Shown here piece after piece: positions 18,997 to 28,785 of a DNA stretch of 64,000 bases. Each line of letters opens with the position of its first letter. Position 1 is the stretch's first letter. Origin of the DNA: Dehalococcoidia bacterium (GTDB taxonomy: Bacteria > Chloroflexota > Dehalococcoidia > Lucifugimonadales > UBA3495); contig CBDCPD010000001.1 in the NCBI GenBank assembly GCA_965220095.1, forward strand, positions 20,700 through 84,699. The letters are read 5' to 3'. Under the pieces are notes generated by a model, which worked only from the letters and a program-made list of their open reading frames with translations, had not been told where the DNA came from and did not search any database. The position numbers were made by a program, and so were the translations under genes.

Positions 18997-19289
18997 CCCT
19001 CGATTTCGGCATCCCTGATCTCACGGGCCTCCCGTATCAAGTCGGCGGAACTCCCAGGAACAGCCTTGCCCCCAAATATCTCCTGCCGGATCTCCGCAAA
19101 CAGCTCATGGTCTGGCTTGTCAGACAACAGTCCGCCCATCCCGTTGGCTTCGTCTTTCGTCAACTCCCGGTCAATGGCATCTTGGCAGTACCTTCGCATG
19201 CTGACGCCTTTGAGTGCGGCGATGGCCTTTAGCCGACGCTGGAAGGTGGGGTCCAGGTCCAAGGTAAGTCGCTTCTTCTTGATTTTCAT
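18987..19289 (-). CDS. vapB: Ribbon-helix-helix antitoxin VapB
   Basis: MKIKKKRLTLDLDPTFQRRLKAIAALKGVSMRRYCQDAIDREL (RHH pattern). Paired with the PIN gene. Confidence 0.8.
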   Translation of the reverse strand: MKIKKKRLTLDLDPTFQRRLKAIAALKGVSMRRYCQDAIDRELTKDEANGMGGLLSDKPDHELFAEIRQEIFGGKAVPGSSADLIREAREIRDAEIEGWA

Positions 19290-19652
19290 TGCCTGTGCCT
19301 CGCTAAGTCGCTTTTCTAGCGTGAGAATATGATAAACACGGAAATATAGTCAATACACTCCCGACAGCCGGGCAACAATATAACCCCATATACACGGAGG
19401 TAGCCGGGGGTAGGCCATTTAGAAACCATCTCAAAACCCGCCATGCTCCCCAAAAGTCCGATCGTAGACCGGGTGAGTCGTGGATTCCCGCGCAGGCGGG
19501 AAGGACGGGTTGGGCGGGCCGCCAGTTTTGAGATAGTGGGTTTTAGTATGTGATGGTAGTCAATAGTCAAACCGGCCGACGACGCACGGTGTCGCCTCAG
19601 ATACTTCGCTGGGCAGGTCTATTCCGCACGCGTGTTCTGGTATGATGTAATC

Positions 19653-21278
19653 ATGCCACGTCGCCGCAGAGGCCATCAAGCATCCGCCGGCTTCAAGCCG
19701 GCGGAGCGGCCGCGGGTCGCCACCTACCAGACGCGCATTTCCGATTATGCAGGTGTGGATCGGGCAGCGGGAGATGCTGCGCTATCGGCGTATGCCGGTT
19801 TGTATGGCCAGGTGCAGCGGAAGTTGTTTGCTGATGTTGCGGCGGGAAGTTCGGCCACCTTGCTGAAGGGAGAGTACCTGCAACGGTACGGGATACCGGC
19901 GCGGCTGTTCAATGCGGTGCGGGTGTCGCTGGATGGCAAGATGTCGTCGGTGCGGGAGACGATGGCGCTCAGGCGGGGCAGACTGGAGCGGCGGATTGCG
20001 CGGGCCGAGCGGCAGGTTTCTGATGCCGCTGAGAGAGGCCGGTGGGATCAGGTTTATCAGAAGCGGCGGCGGTTGGCCAATCTGCGAAACCAGTTGGTTG
20101 GACTGGAAGCCGACATTGCTGCGGGCCGGGTTAGGCTGTGCTTCGGGTCGAAGCGGTTGTGGCGGAAGCAGCATCACTTGGAGGCCAATGGTTACGTCAG
20201 CCACGAGGAATGGCTCAGGGACTGGCGAGACGCCCGCAGCGACGAGTTCTTCGTGCTGGGCAGTCGGGATGAAACGGCGGGCTGCCAGCTGTGCGTCGCC
20301 AGTGTTGCCGATGATGGCACGCTGACCCTGCGGCTGCGTATGCCGGACTGTCTTGCCGAGCAGCACAGCAAGTACCTGGTCATCGAGGGTGTGCGGTTCG
20401 CCTACGGCCAGGAGCAGGTGCTGGCGGCGCTGCAGAGCAATGCAGATTTCGCTGCCCACAAGCGTGAGCATGGAGAAACGGCGGCGCGTGCCACGGAACT
20501 AGGTCAAGCCGTCAGCTACCGGTTCAAGCGGGACGCCAAGGGCTGGCGGGTGTTCGCGAGTACTGAGATGACGCACGTGCCGGTGGTTACAGACCAGCGG
20601 CGGGGCGTGACCGGCGTGGACCTGAACGCGGACCATCTCGCTGTGGCGGATACCGACGCTTCGGGCAACTGCATCAACGCTTGGAGAGTGCCGTTGGTGA
20701 CCTACGGCAAGAACACCAACCAGGCTGAGGCCCTCATCGGCGACGCGGTGGCCAGCGTCGTGCAGTACGCGCGGGAAGTTGGCAAACCCATCGTAATCGA
20801 GAAGCTGGACTTCCGACGGAAGAAGACTGCTCTGGAAGGTGAGAACCGCCGCTACAGCCGGATGCTGTCGAGTTTCAGCTATGGCAAGATCAAGGCGTAC
20901 TTCGTCTCCCGTGGTTATCGTCAGGGCGTGGAGGTACACCAGATCAACCCAGCCTACAGTTCCGTCATTGGCCGGGTGAAGTTCATGGAGCGATATGGGC
21001 TGACGGTGCACCAGGCTGCGGCCTTGGTGCTGGCCCGTCGCTATCTTGGTTGTTCGGAGCGCATCCCGCGCCGGTGGGTTTGTCCCGTCGGCAATGGCGT
21101 TCAGGTCGCCTTCACCGTACCCGTGAGGAAGCGAGTGAAGCACGTGTGGACGTACTGGGGCGCGATCTCGGGACAGCTGAGACCGGCGCTTGCAGCGCAG
21201 CATCGGCTGGGGAAGCGGAGACGCCGACCCAATCCGGTCCAGGCTGTCGTGCGGGCTGAGGCTCGCGGGGTGGCTTGA
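19653..21278 (+). CDS. TnpB-related protein (zinc-finger-less branch), stand-alone copy
   Basis: RuvC-I GVDLNADHLAVAD and RuvC-II PIVIEKLDF. The C-terminal INPAYSSVIGRVKFMERYGLTVHQAAALVLARRYLG replaces the zinc ribbon/RuvC-III motif. ATG 19653 (the ORF track uses GTG 19632). A truncated paralog lies at 53255-53705. Confidence 0.8.
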   Translation: MPRRRRGHQASAGFKPAERPRVATYQTRISDYAGVDRAAGDAALSAYAGLYGQVQRKLFADVAAGSSATLLKGEYLQRYGIPARLFNAVRVSLDGKMSSVRETMALRRGRLERRIARAERQVSDAAERGRWDQVYQKRRRLANLRNQLVGLEADIAAGRVRLCFGSKRLWRKQHHLEANGYVSHEEWLRDWRDARSDEFFVLGSRDETAGCQLCVASVADDGTLTLRLRMPDCLAEQHSKYLVIEGVRFAYGQEQVLAALQSNADFAAHKREHGETAARATELGQAVSYRFKRDAKGWRVFASTEMTHVPVVTDQRRGVTGVDLNADHLAVADTDASGNCINAWRVPLVTYGKNTNQAEALIGDAVASVVQYAREVGKPIVIEKLDFRRKKTALEGENRRYSRMLSSFSYGKIKAYFVSRGYRQGVEVHQINPAYSSVIGRVKFMERYGLTVHQAAALVLARRYLGCSERIPRRWVCPVGNGVQVAFTVPVRKRVKHVWTYWGAISGQLRPALAAQHRLGKRRRRPNPVQAVVRAEARGVA

Positions 21279-21444
21279 GCGGGGATCAGCTCGGTGTTCC
21301 CGGGTGAGAATCCCGGGCGGAGTCGTCTTGAACTGTTGGGGCGGCGGCGCGGCTCAGACCGCGTATTCAGGAACGGCTGACGGCAGTCTTGTAACTAAAG
21401 TCAACCATTTTTACAACGGTTCACCGTCCGCCCAGATTCTACAA

Positions 21445-21472
21445 TGGCAGAGTTCATAGGCGAAGTCTGCCA
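21445..21472. repeat. 28-bp palindrome TGGCAGAGTT-N8-AAGTCTGCCA (family copy 4)
   Basis: Same arms as the sites at 31906, 31994 and 33024. Confidence 0.8.
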
Positions 21473-21576
21473 TCCGCTCCCCACAGTGCTACACTCGCGA
21501 CTTGGGATCAACGTCCTAGAGTGCGGAGTTGGTTCCTGACCCTACGGGCAGCATCGCACAGGAGAATTGTCTCATC

Positions 21577-24468
21577 ATGATGTCATCTTGGTCGAATAGA
21601 CTACGCATTAACCCGTTGACTGCACTCCTGGTGCTGGTGGCGGCTGGTGTTTTTGGTTTCCTGAGCGGTGACTCACCGGCAGTTGCCCAAGGAACGCTTA
21701 CCGCTCCAACGAACGGCACGGCTGTCTCTAACACTGCAGAAGAACGCACCCTCGCCCGGGATGGGGGCGGCAACGCCGATTCATTCCTGCTCGTCGCGGT
21801 GCACAAGGAGACTTTCGACTACGAAAATGAGAATGTGCCTGATGGCGCTGCCCGAACCGGCACCGTTACGGGCCTGACCGGGGGTGCAGACTACCGGGGC
21901 ATCGTAGTCGCGCCGCAGGCAACCGCAAACGGCTTGGCAACACAGTACGGAGTTGACGAGCTGGTCGCCGTACAGGGCGTTGACTCGCAATGTTCGGCAG
22001 ACGATTACGATCGCGACGAGTGGGGAGACTACCCTGGAGCGCCGGATGACGCGACGCCAACTTGGACTCTACCGCCAGACAACGTGGCATCAACCGACAT
22101 CACCCTGGACCACCACGTCGCTTTGAAGGACGCTCATATCTCCGGGGGCTGCGGCTGGTCGTCGGAGATAAAGAATGATTTTGCGACCGACCCGGATAAC
22201 CTGAACCCCACGACCCGGTCATTCAACTCCAGCAAGGGAAGCCGGACCCCGGACCAATTGACTGGTATTGCAGAGAGCATCATCGATACCGATGACGAAA
22301 AATGCAACTACGCTACCCAGCATGATGCAGTCAAAGACGAATATGACCTGACGATGACGGCCAATGAGCAGGCTACCGTTACGGGATGGCTGTCGCTGTG
22401 CCCTGTAGCGTCTGAATTTGATGCCAGCACGGACAAAGCCGCGTTGGTGGCGCTATACAACGCCACGGATGGACCGAACTGGGAGAACAACAGGAACTGG
22501 CTAAGCGACCGGCCAATTGGGGAATGGTCACGCGTATCCACTGACGGCGACGAGCGCGTTACTGGGCTGTGGCTCGACGGCAACCAGTTGAGCGGGTCGA
22601 TACCGTCGGAACTGGGTAACCTCGACAACCTGCGAACGCTGTCACTCCACGGCAACCAGTTGAGCGGGTCGATACCGTCGGAACTGGGTAACCTCGCTAA
22701 CCTGGGAGTGCTGTGGCTCGACGGCAACCAGTTGAGCGGATCGATACCGTCGGAACTGGGTAACCTCCCCAACTTGCGAACGCTGTCGCTCTACGGCAAC
22801 CAGTTGAGCGGGTCGATACCGTCGGAACTGGGTAACCTCGCCAACCTGCGAACGCTGTCACTCCACGGCAACCAGTTGAGCGAGTCGATACCATCGGAAC
22901 TGGGCAACCTCGCCAACCTGCAACAGCTGTCGCTCAGCAACAACGAGTTGAGCGGGTCGATACCGTCGGAACTGGGTAACCTCGCCAACCTGGGAGTGCT
23001 GTACCTCAGCGGCAACCAGTTGAGCGGGTCGATACCGTCGGAACTGGGCAACCTCTCCAACTTGACAGGATTGAGCTTGTACGGGAACCAGTTGAGCGAG
23101 TCGATACCATCGGAACTGGGCAACCTCGCCAACCTGCAACAGCTGTCGCTCAGCAACAACGAGTTGAGCGGGTCGATACCGTCGGAACTGGGCAACCTCG
23201 CTAACCTGGGAGTGCTGTACCTCAGCGGCAACCAGTTGAGCGGGTCGATACCGTCGGAACTGGGCAACCTCTCCAACTTGACAGGATTGAGCTTGTACGG
23301 GAACCAGTTGACCGGGCCTATCCCCATTTGGCTGGGGAGCCTGACAAACCTAGAGGTACTGAACCTGGGTGGGAACCAGTTCACACCCGGGCCGATCCCA
23401 TCCACATTGGCTAGCCTCCCCAACCTGAAGGAACTGTATCTATGGGAGTGCCGATTGACGGGAACCATACCTCCAGAACTGGGTAATCTCTCGAGTCTGA
23501 CCAAGCTTCATTTGCATCAAAACGAATTGGGCGGGACCGTCCCGGCGTCGCTGGGAAGTCTCTCCAGTCTGGAGAAGTTAGGTCTCGGAGGCAACGAATT
23601 CATCGGGCCCATTCCGGCCTCTTTCGGCAATCTTTCCAACCTGACCGGGCTTTACCTGTGGGAGAACCAATTCACCGGGACGATACCGTCGCAGCTTGGC
23701 AACCTCACCAGCCTCACAGTGCTAAACCTCAGAGGCAATGAGTTGTCAGGACCTCTGCCGTCCGAACTAGCCAACTTGACGAATCTGAAAACGCTTTACC
23801 TGCATGAGAACCAACTTACTGGTGCGATTCCTATTTCGTTCGGCGCGCTGACCAACCTGGAACTGCTTTCCCTCAGAGATAACCAGTTCACTGGAGAAAT
23901 ACCAGTCGGGTTGGGATATCTGGACAAATTGACCCGCCTTGACCTTAGTCAAAACGAATTGACGGGAAGGGTACCGACCTCCCTCGGCAACCTCGCCGAC
24001 CTGGAGCGTCTGTACATCAGCAGCAACCAGCTGGAAGGCGCCATCACGGCGGAGTTAGGAAATCTACGCAAACTGACCATTTTGGATATCGACGGCAATC
24101 AGTTCACTGGCGAGGTGCCGGCTCGGCTGGGTAACCTGGCCAACCTCACGCATCTGGACCTGAGCAACAACGAGTTGGGAGGCTCGCTACCAGCCTGGCT
24201 GGGACACTTGGCCGAGTTGACCTTACTGGACCTCGATCACAATCAATTCGCCGGGCAAATACCCAGGGACTTGGGCAATCTGGCCAAATTGGAATATTTG
24301 GAGTTGGACCACAATCTACTTACGGGGCAGATACCGTTTGAGCTCACTTCGTTGACCAACTTGGAAAGACTGGAGTTGAGCAGCAACGGTTTCACCGGGT
24401 GCTTGCCCGCCGGCCTGCTCAGAGTGCCGGAGAATGATCTGGACGAACTGAATCTGCCGACTTGCTAG
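21577..24468 (+). CDS. Secreted FN3-like + DUF1524/His-Me nuclease-like + plant-type leucine-rich-repeat protein
   Basis: GGAG at 21561 precedes ATG 21577. Signal MMSSWSNRLRINPLTALLVLVAAGVFGFLSGDSPAVAQG. FN3-like module (GGGNADSFLLVAVHKETFDYENENVPDGAARTGTVTGLTGGADY). LDHHVALKDAHISGG...DPDNLNPTTRSFNSSKGSRTPDQL matches the DUF1524 pattern. About 25 24-residue LRRs (GNQLSGSIPSELGNLxNL). Confidence 0.85.
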   Translation: MMSSWSNRLRINPLTALLVLVAAGVFGFLSGDSPAVAQGTLTAPTNGTAVSNTAEERTLARDGGGNADSFLLVAVHKETFDYENENVPDGAARTGTVTGLTGGADYRGIVVAPQATANGLATQYGVDELVAVQGVDSQCSADDYDRDEWGDYPGAPDDATPTWTLPPDNVASTDITLDHHVALKDAHISGGCGWSSEIKNDFATDPDNLNPTTRSFNSSKGSRTPDQLTGIAESIIDTDDEKCNYATQHDAVKDEYDLTMTANEQATVTGWLSLCPVASEFDASTDKAALVALYNATDGPNWENNRNWLSDRPIGEWSRVSTDGDERVTGLWLDGNQLSGSIPSELGNLDNLRTLSLHGNQLSGSIPSELGNLANLGVLWLDGNQLSGSIPSELGNLPNLRTLSLYGNQLSGSIPSELGNLANLRTLSLHGNQLSESIPSELGNLANLQQLSLSNNELSGSIPSELGNLANLGVLYLSGNQLSGSIPSELGNLSNLTGLSLYGNQLSESIPSELGNLANLQQLSLSNNELSGSIPSELGNLANLGVLYLSGNQLSGSIPSELGNLSNLTGLSLYGNQLTGPIPIWLGSLTNLEVLNLGGNQFTPGPIPSTLASLPNLKELYLWECRLTGTIPPELGNLSSLTKLHLHQNELGGTVPASLGSLSSLEKLGLGGNEFIGPIPASFGNLSNLTGLYLWENQFTGTIPSQLGNLTSLTVLNLRGNELSGPLPSELANLTNLKTLYLHENQLTGAIPISFGALTNLELLSLRDNQFTGEIPVGLGYLDKLTRLDLSQNELTGRVPTSLGNLADLERLYISSNQLEGAITAELGNLRKLTILDIDGNQFTGEVPARLGNLANLTHLDLSNNELGGSLPAWLGHLAELTLLDLDHNQFAGQIPRDLGNLAKLEYLELDHNLLTGQIPFELTSLTNLERLELSSNGFTGCLPAGLLRVPENDLDELNLPTC
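22871..23302 (+). repeat. 216-bp tandem duplication (3 LRR units x2) inside the LRR gene
   Basis: 22871-23086 versus 23087-23302 differ at 2 positions by eye. Confidence 0.85.
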
Positions 24469-24583
24469 GAGGCGAGGGGGCTGGCGTCGCGCGTTTGTGC
24501 CGATTCGGCGCCCCAAGGTGTTGCACGGTCGGTTCCGGACGAAGGCGGCAAAAGGTCGTGCCGCATTTTATGCCCAGCACCTC

Positions 24584-24648
24584 GTATTATCGCGCGGCGA
24601 ACGGACGTGCGCAGCAGCTACTTTCACCGTCGTTCGCCCGACCAGGCG
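24584..24648 (+). repeat. Noncoding hairpin repeat, copy 1 (copy 2 at 56034-56090)
   Basis: GTATTATCGCGCGGCGAACGGACGTGCGCAG...CACCGTCGTTCGCC. GGCGAACGGACG pairs with CGTCGTTCGCC. Confidence 0.5.
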
Positions 24649-24837
24649 GGATGCAAAACGGCCCCTGAGGCACGTTGTCCCTCTGCCTACCCAATGCGCA
24701 CACGGGGTTCCGCCGAAACGCCGGAACTGACGCTAATTGTAGTGGATCCCAGGTGCTGCAGTTTCAGTAATGGTATCCGGTGAGGCAATGCGGAGCAATT
24801 GACGCGGGACGCCATTCCCTTGGTGAAGTAAACCTCT

Positions 24838-26367
24838 TCAGTTACGGCAGTAAGGCAAGCCGAGATCGTCCAGGTTGTTATTCTCAACGCCCTGGAGCTT
24901 CAAGGGTACGCATCCAGTAAACTCGTTGCCAGCAAGAAAAACGTGGGTCAAGTTTGGGAGGTCGCCCAGATTTTTCGGTATGGTCCCCGCAAGTTGGTTG
25001 TGAGATAGGGATATGCGCTCCAGGTCGCGCAGGCTTCCCAACTCTGCTGGGATAGTCCCGGTTAAGTCGTTGCCGTTGAGGTACAGGCGTTGCAAATTGG
25101 AGAGGTTGCCCAGCCACGCGGGCACGGGACCGGTTAGTCGGTTGCCGCTCAAGGCCAATTGTTCCAGGTTTCTGAATTTTGCCAACCAACCAGGCACCGA
25201 GCCCACCAGCCGGTTATTGTGCAGGTACAACATTTCAAGATTAGTCAAGCTACTCAACTCGTTCGGGATCTCGCCCGTCAGTTGGTTGCTGCTAAGGCGC
25301 AGCTGTTTCAGACTAATCAGATTACCCAGTTCCGACGGTATCCTCCCGCCGAGGGCGTTGTCGGCAAGGCGCAACTGTTCCAGACTGGTTAGATCACCCA
25401 GTTCCGGGGGTATCCTCCCATACAGATGATTGTCGAAGAGGTCCAGATACTTCAGGTTGGTGAGACGGGCCAGCTCGGGCGGTATCGCGCCGAACCGCGA
25501 GGTACGCGCGAGACCCAATTGTTCGAGGGTGGTCATATCGGCCAGCCAAGTCGGTATGTCACCGGCCGCCAACGGGTTCACCGAGAGGTTCAGGTGCGTC
25601 AGTCTGTTCAGATTGGCTAACTCTGGCGGTATCTCGCCGGTCAGTTCGTTAAGTCCCAGCCAAAGAACTTCCAGGTTGCCCAAACTTCCAAGACCCGCCG
25701 GGATGTCGCCATGCAGCTGATTATCCCAGAGTGACAGACGCGTCAAACCCGTGAGATGCGCCAACTCTGGGGGTATGGGGCCGGTCAAACCGTTTTTCTC
25801 GAGATTGAGTTCGGTAACCCTGCCTGCGGCGTCAACGGTCACCCCATGCCATTGTCGCATTGGAGCATCCCCGAGCCAGCCGGCGTTTTCAATCCAGTCG
25901 TCTCCGCGCGTCGCGTGGTAGAAAGTCTCCAGAACGTCGCGGTCGGTTACCGGTGACGTGGGCGCGGCGGTTGCCGAGGGCGGTGTGGTCGCAGTGGGCG
26001 CCGGCGCTGGGATCGGCGTTGGCGCGGCCACTGTAGGCGTAGGCACAGGTGGATTCGTGGGTGTTGGTGTGGGCCGAGCGGTACGGGTCGGTACAGGAGT
26101 ATCCATACGCACCGGATGGACCGTGGGAATCATCATAGGCGTGTGAATGGGTGTCGCAATCGGGATAGGAGTGGTTGTGTGGACCCTGGCCGCAGGTCCT
26201 GGTTCAATCCGGTCCGATAAGGTCGGCGTGGGCGGCTGCGTGGGGATTGTGGTGGCCGTGGGGACGGGTGTTTCCGTGGGAGCGGGTGGCGGGGGCTGCA
26301 TGGAGCAGGCCATGACGAGAATCAGTGCCACGCCAACGACAGATGCGGCCACGGCGGATTTACCCAA
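24838..26367 (-). CDS. Lipoprotein with Pro/Thr-rich linker and plant-type LRR domain
   Basis: Lipobox LILVMAC, followed by ~130 aa of P/T-rich linker. LRR N-cap DRDVLETFYHATRGDDWIENAGWL, then ~13 24-residue LRRs. The C-terminal cap GCVPLKLQGVENNNLDDLGLPYC parallels GCLPAGLLRVPENDLDELNLPTC of 21577-24468. Confidence 0.85.
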   Translation of the reverse strand: MGKSAVAASVVGVALILVMACSMQPPPPAPTETPVPTATTIPTQPPTPTLSDRIEPGPAARVHTTTPIPIATPIHTPMMIPTVHPVRMDTPVPTRTARPTPTPTNPPVPTPTVAAPTPIPAPAPTATTPPSATAAPTSPVTDRDVLETFYHATRGDDWIENAGWLGDAPMRQWHGVTVDAAGRVTELNLEKNGLTGPIPPELAHLTGLTRLSLWDNQLHGDIPAGLGSLGNLEVLWLGLNELTGEIPPELANLNRLTHLNLSVNPLAAGDIPTWLADMTTLEQLGLARTSRFGAIPPELARLTNLKYLDLFDNHLYGRIPPELGDLTSLEQLRLADNALGGRIPSELGNLISLKQLRLSSNQLTGEIPNELSSLTNLEMLYLHNNRLVGSVPGWLAKFRNLEQLALSGNRLTGPVPAWLGNLSNLQRLYLNGNDLTGTIPAELGSLRDLERISLSHNQLAGTIPKNLGDLPNLTHVFLAGNEFTGCVPLKLQGVENNNLDDLGLPYCRN

Positions 26368-26804
26368 CTCAGCACCTCCTGGTGAATCAAAAAGGCGGCG
26401 ATGAAGCTCCTCCCAAGCGGCAATTCCAGAGTGCTCTTCCTGGCCGGTGGCTGCTGCATCGACGCCAAGGACCTATTGTGTGTCGACAAGGCAACCTTTG
26501 CGAAGGGCGCATGGCTGACCAACTTTGTTGAAGCCAATTCAGACGGGATGGCGATCAGCGCGAATTTAGTGTGTCTCCCGAAGTCTAACTGCAATCCCTG
26601 ATAGCAGGTTGGAGTTGGACGGTCAACCGGGTTCGACTCACCGTGGTGGGTGGCATGGCGAAGACAAACCGTCGGGGCGACGCCGCGGGGCGCCCGTTCC
26701 CAACCGCCCGGTGCTAACTACGACGATTCCGAGGCATTCCAAGATAGGGTCCTGGTGTTGGTGTGTTGAGCAGCCGTTTTGGAGTTCGTATCCACACACA
26801 CGCT

Positions 26805-28781
26805 TCACGGTAATGGTCCGTAACGGCGCGACACGACCTCATCCACCTTCTCCGCAACATTTTTTGATCCGTCCGCTTTGAACGCTGCTATCACATGACA
26901 GATACCCAGTTCCGTTCCCTCGCAATCGTCCGCGGGGTCGTCGCGCAAGTCTTTGGCGTAGAGACGACGCAAGCCTTCGGTGAAGGTCTCCTCGCCCAGG
27001 CTGTGATACAGGTCCAGGAATATCGCTTCACCCAACGGATAGTTGCAACTGTCCCCTTCGGTTCCGGTTTCTTCGGTGTACATGGCTTCAAGCTCGCCGA
27101 TGGTCTGCGCCGAAACGCACGGGCGTTTTCTGGCTTCGATGGGGAATCCGGTTCTGTGGTGTTCGGCAAGGCTGGCGAGGAAAACCGCCAAGCCTTCATC
27201 GGTCCAATCCCATTTGTTGCCAGACCAGTAGCGGTGGGCCACCTCGTGGGCTATTACGAACGGAGTGTGTTTCCACCTGGAGGTTCCTACAACGTCAAAG
27301 TGAGGTTGCGCCCCGATATAAGTACCGAAGTGTTTTCCCCCAACGCCTTCGGGTAGCGCGTCAGTGAAAAACACGGCCAAATAGTTGGCCGGTAGCGGGT
27401 TGGCCATCACATCCTCCATGAATGTTGCACTGTGTTCCAGGTAATCCATGGCGGGTGTCACCTGGTCACGGTGGCGAAAAACGGCCAACAAAACCTCGCC
27501 GGAAAGCGGCAATTGGATGGTTTTCTCCTCCACGAAGATTCCGGTTTGGGTCAAGATGTCGTCCACGTATTCCGGCTTGTATCTATTGGTTCCCCACAGG
27601 AGGGTGACGAGCTTGGTTTCGTCGTCGGAGATTCCGTCAATAAGGACCGAGTGGTCCATCACTTCCAGGAATCGTGCCGTGTTTTCGCGTTCCAAGTGGC
27701 GCAGGGATTCTATGGCTGGAGAATCCGCCCTTTCGATACTGTTGAGAAACGGCATATCCGCCAGTTTGACGGCCGCCGCATTCGTCTCCAACTCGAGAGT
27801 CTCGTCCTGGGCGCGGGAAATCAGATATAGATCGCGGATTATTGACGTTTCCTGCGAGGTGACGCCGTCCTGGATCCAAGGCTTTCCCACCAGTTTCTCG
27901 CCCAGGTCAGGCACATACCGCCCGGCTCTGTATATGTACTCCACAGCGACGGCTTCGTCATGCGTGATAGCAGGTTCCAACCAGGAGTATGCCAGCAACT
28001 CGTCGGAGATTGCAGGGGCCCACCGGATAGCCCGGTACAGATAGCCAATGGTTTTCCCTTGTTGGGGAGTAATGTTTTCCTGCGCCCACGGTATTTCCAG
28101 CAATCCCTCCACCAAGCCTTCCGAGAACAGCGGAGTCCTGGTCAATCCGTAGATGGCGTCGGTTTCGGCTGGTGTGATGTCGTCCACGACCCACGGTTTC
28201 GTCAACAGGGCAGCGAAAACTTCGGGATGCTGCCGGGCCGACGCGATCAGGAGTTCGGCCGCTTCTCGCTCATTTTCGTCCACGCCGTCAGCCACCCATG
28301 GAAGGTTCTTGAGCTCGGCAGCCAGGGCAGGTTCGTTTGCGTCCAGCCATGCGCCGTGTTCCAATTTAGCCAACGGACTCGGCAGTATTGGAGTTAGTGT
28401 CGGGCCTTGGGTGGGTGTGGGATTATACGTGGGAACTGGCGTCGGCTCGGGAGTTTGGGTCGGAAGCGCCGTTGGCGCCAGTGTGGGCGTACGAGTGTGG
28501 GTGGGTACTGGTGTAGCGGTTGGCATTGGCTCCGGGGTTGGCGTCGGGGATGGTGTGTCGATGGGAATCGTCGTGGCCGTGGCCGATGGACCGGCCGCAA
28601 GCGTCTGCGTCTGTGACGCGCCGGCGCGTTCGCCGGCCGAGGTGCGAGCTGGTGCAGTTTCGGGCTCAGTGCAAGCGACGGATAGCAGAGTAACAACCAG
28701 GGTAGCCGTCATAACCATGCCGACCGTACTTCGCCATGTCATAGCCATTCGAAACTCCCGGAAAACGCCGATTGTAGCCAC
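26805..28781 (-). CDS. Lipoprotein, gluzincin-like (HExxH) metallopeptidase family with N-terminal helical repeats
   Basis: Lipobox LLSVAC with a P/T linker. Six to seven repeats of type PW(V/I).D.(I/V)T..E. Catalytic-type motif [27 protein letters not shown]. Confidence 0.75.
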   Translation of the reverse strand: MATIGVFREFRMAMTWRSTVGMVMTATLVVTLLSVACTEPETAPARTSAGERAGASQTQTLAAGPSATATTIPIDTPSPTPTPEPMPTATPVPTHTRTPTLAPTALPTQTPEPTPVPTYNPTPTQGPTLTPILPSPLAKLEHGAWLDANEPALAAELKNLPWVADGVDENEREAAELLIASARQHPEVFAALLTKPWVVDDITPAETDAIYGLTRTPLFSEGLVEGLLEIPWAQENITPQQGKTIGYLYRAIRWAPAISDELLAYSWLEPAITHDEAVAVEYIYRAGRYVPDLGEKLVGKPWIQDGVTSQETSIIRDLYLISRAQDETLELETNAAAVKLADMPFLNSIERADSPAIESLRHLERENTARFLEVMDHSVLIDGISDDETKLVTLLWGTNRYKPEYVDDILTQTGIFVEEKTIQLPLSGEVLLAVFRHRDQVTPAMDYLEHSATFMEDVMANPLPANYLAVFFTDALPEGVGGKHFGTYIGAQPHFDVVGTSRWKHTPFVIAHEVAHRYWSGNKWDWTDEGLAVFLASLAEHHRTGFPIEARKRPCVSAQTIGELEAMYTEETGTEGDSCNYPLGEAIFLDLYHSLGEETFTEGLRRLYAKDLRDDPADDCEGTELGICHVIAAFKADGSKNVAEKVDEVVSRRYGPLP

Positions 28782-28785
28782 AAGA

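Noticed and set aside
26620-26645. GGGTTCGACTC resembling a tRNA T-loop
   Set aside because: The flanks do not form a T-stem, acceptor stem or anticodon arm. No tRNA was called anywhere in the window.
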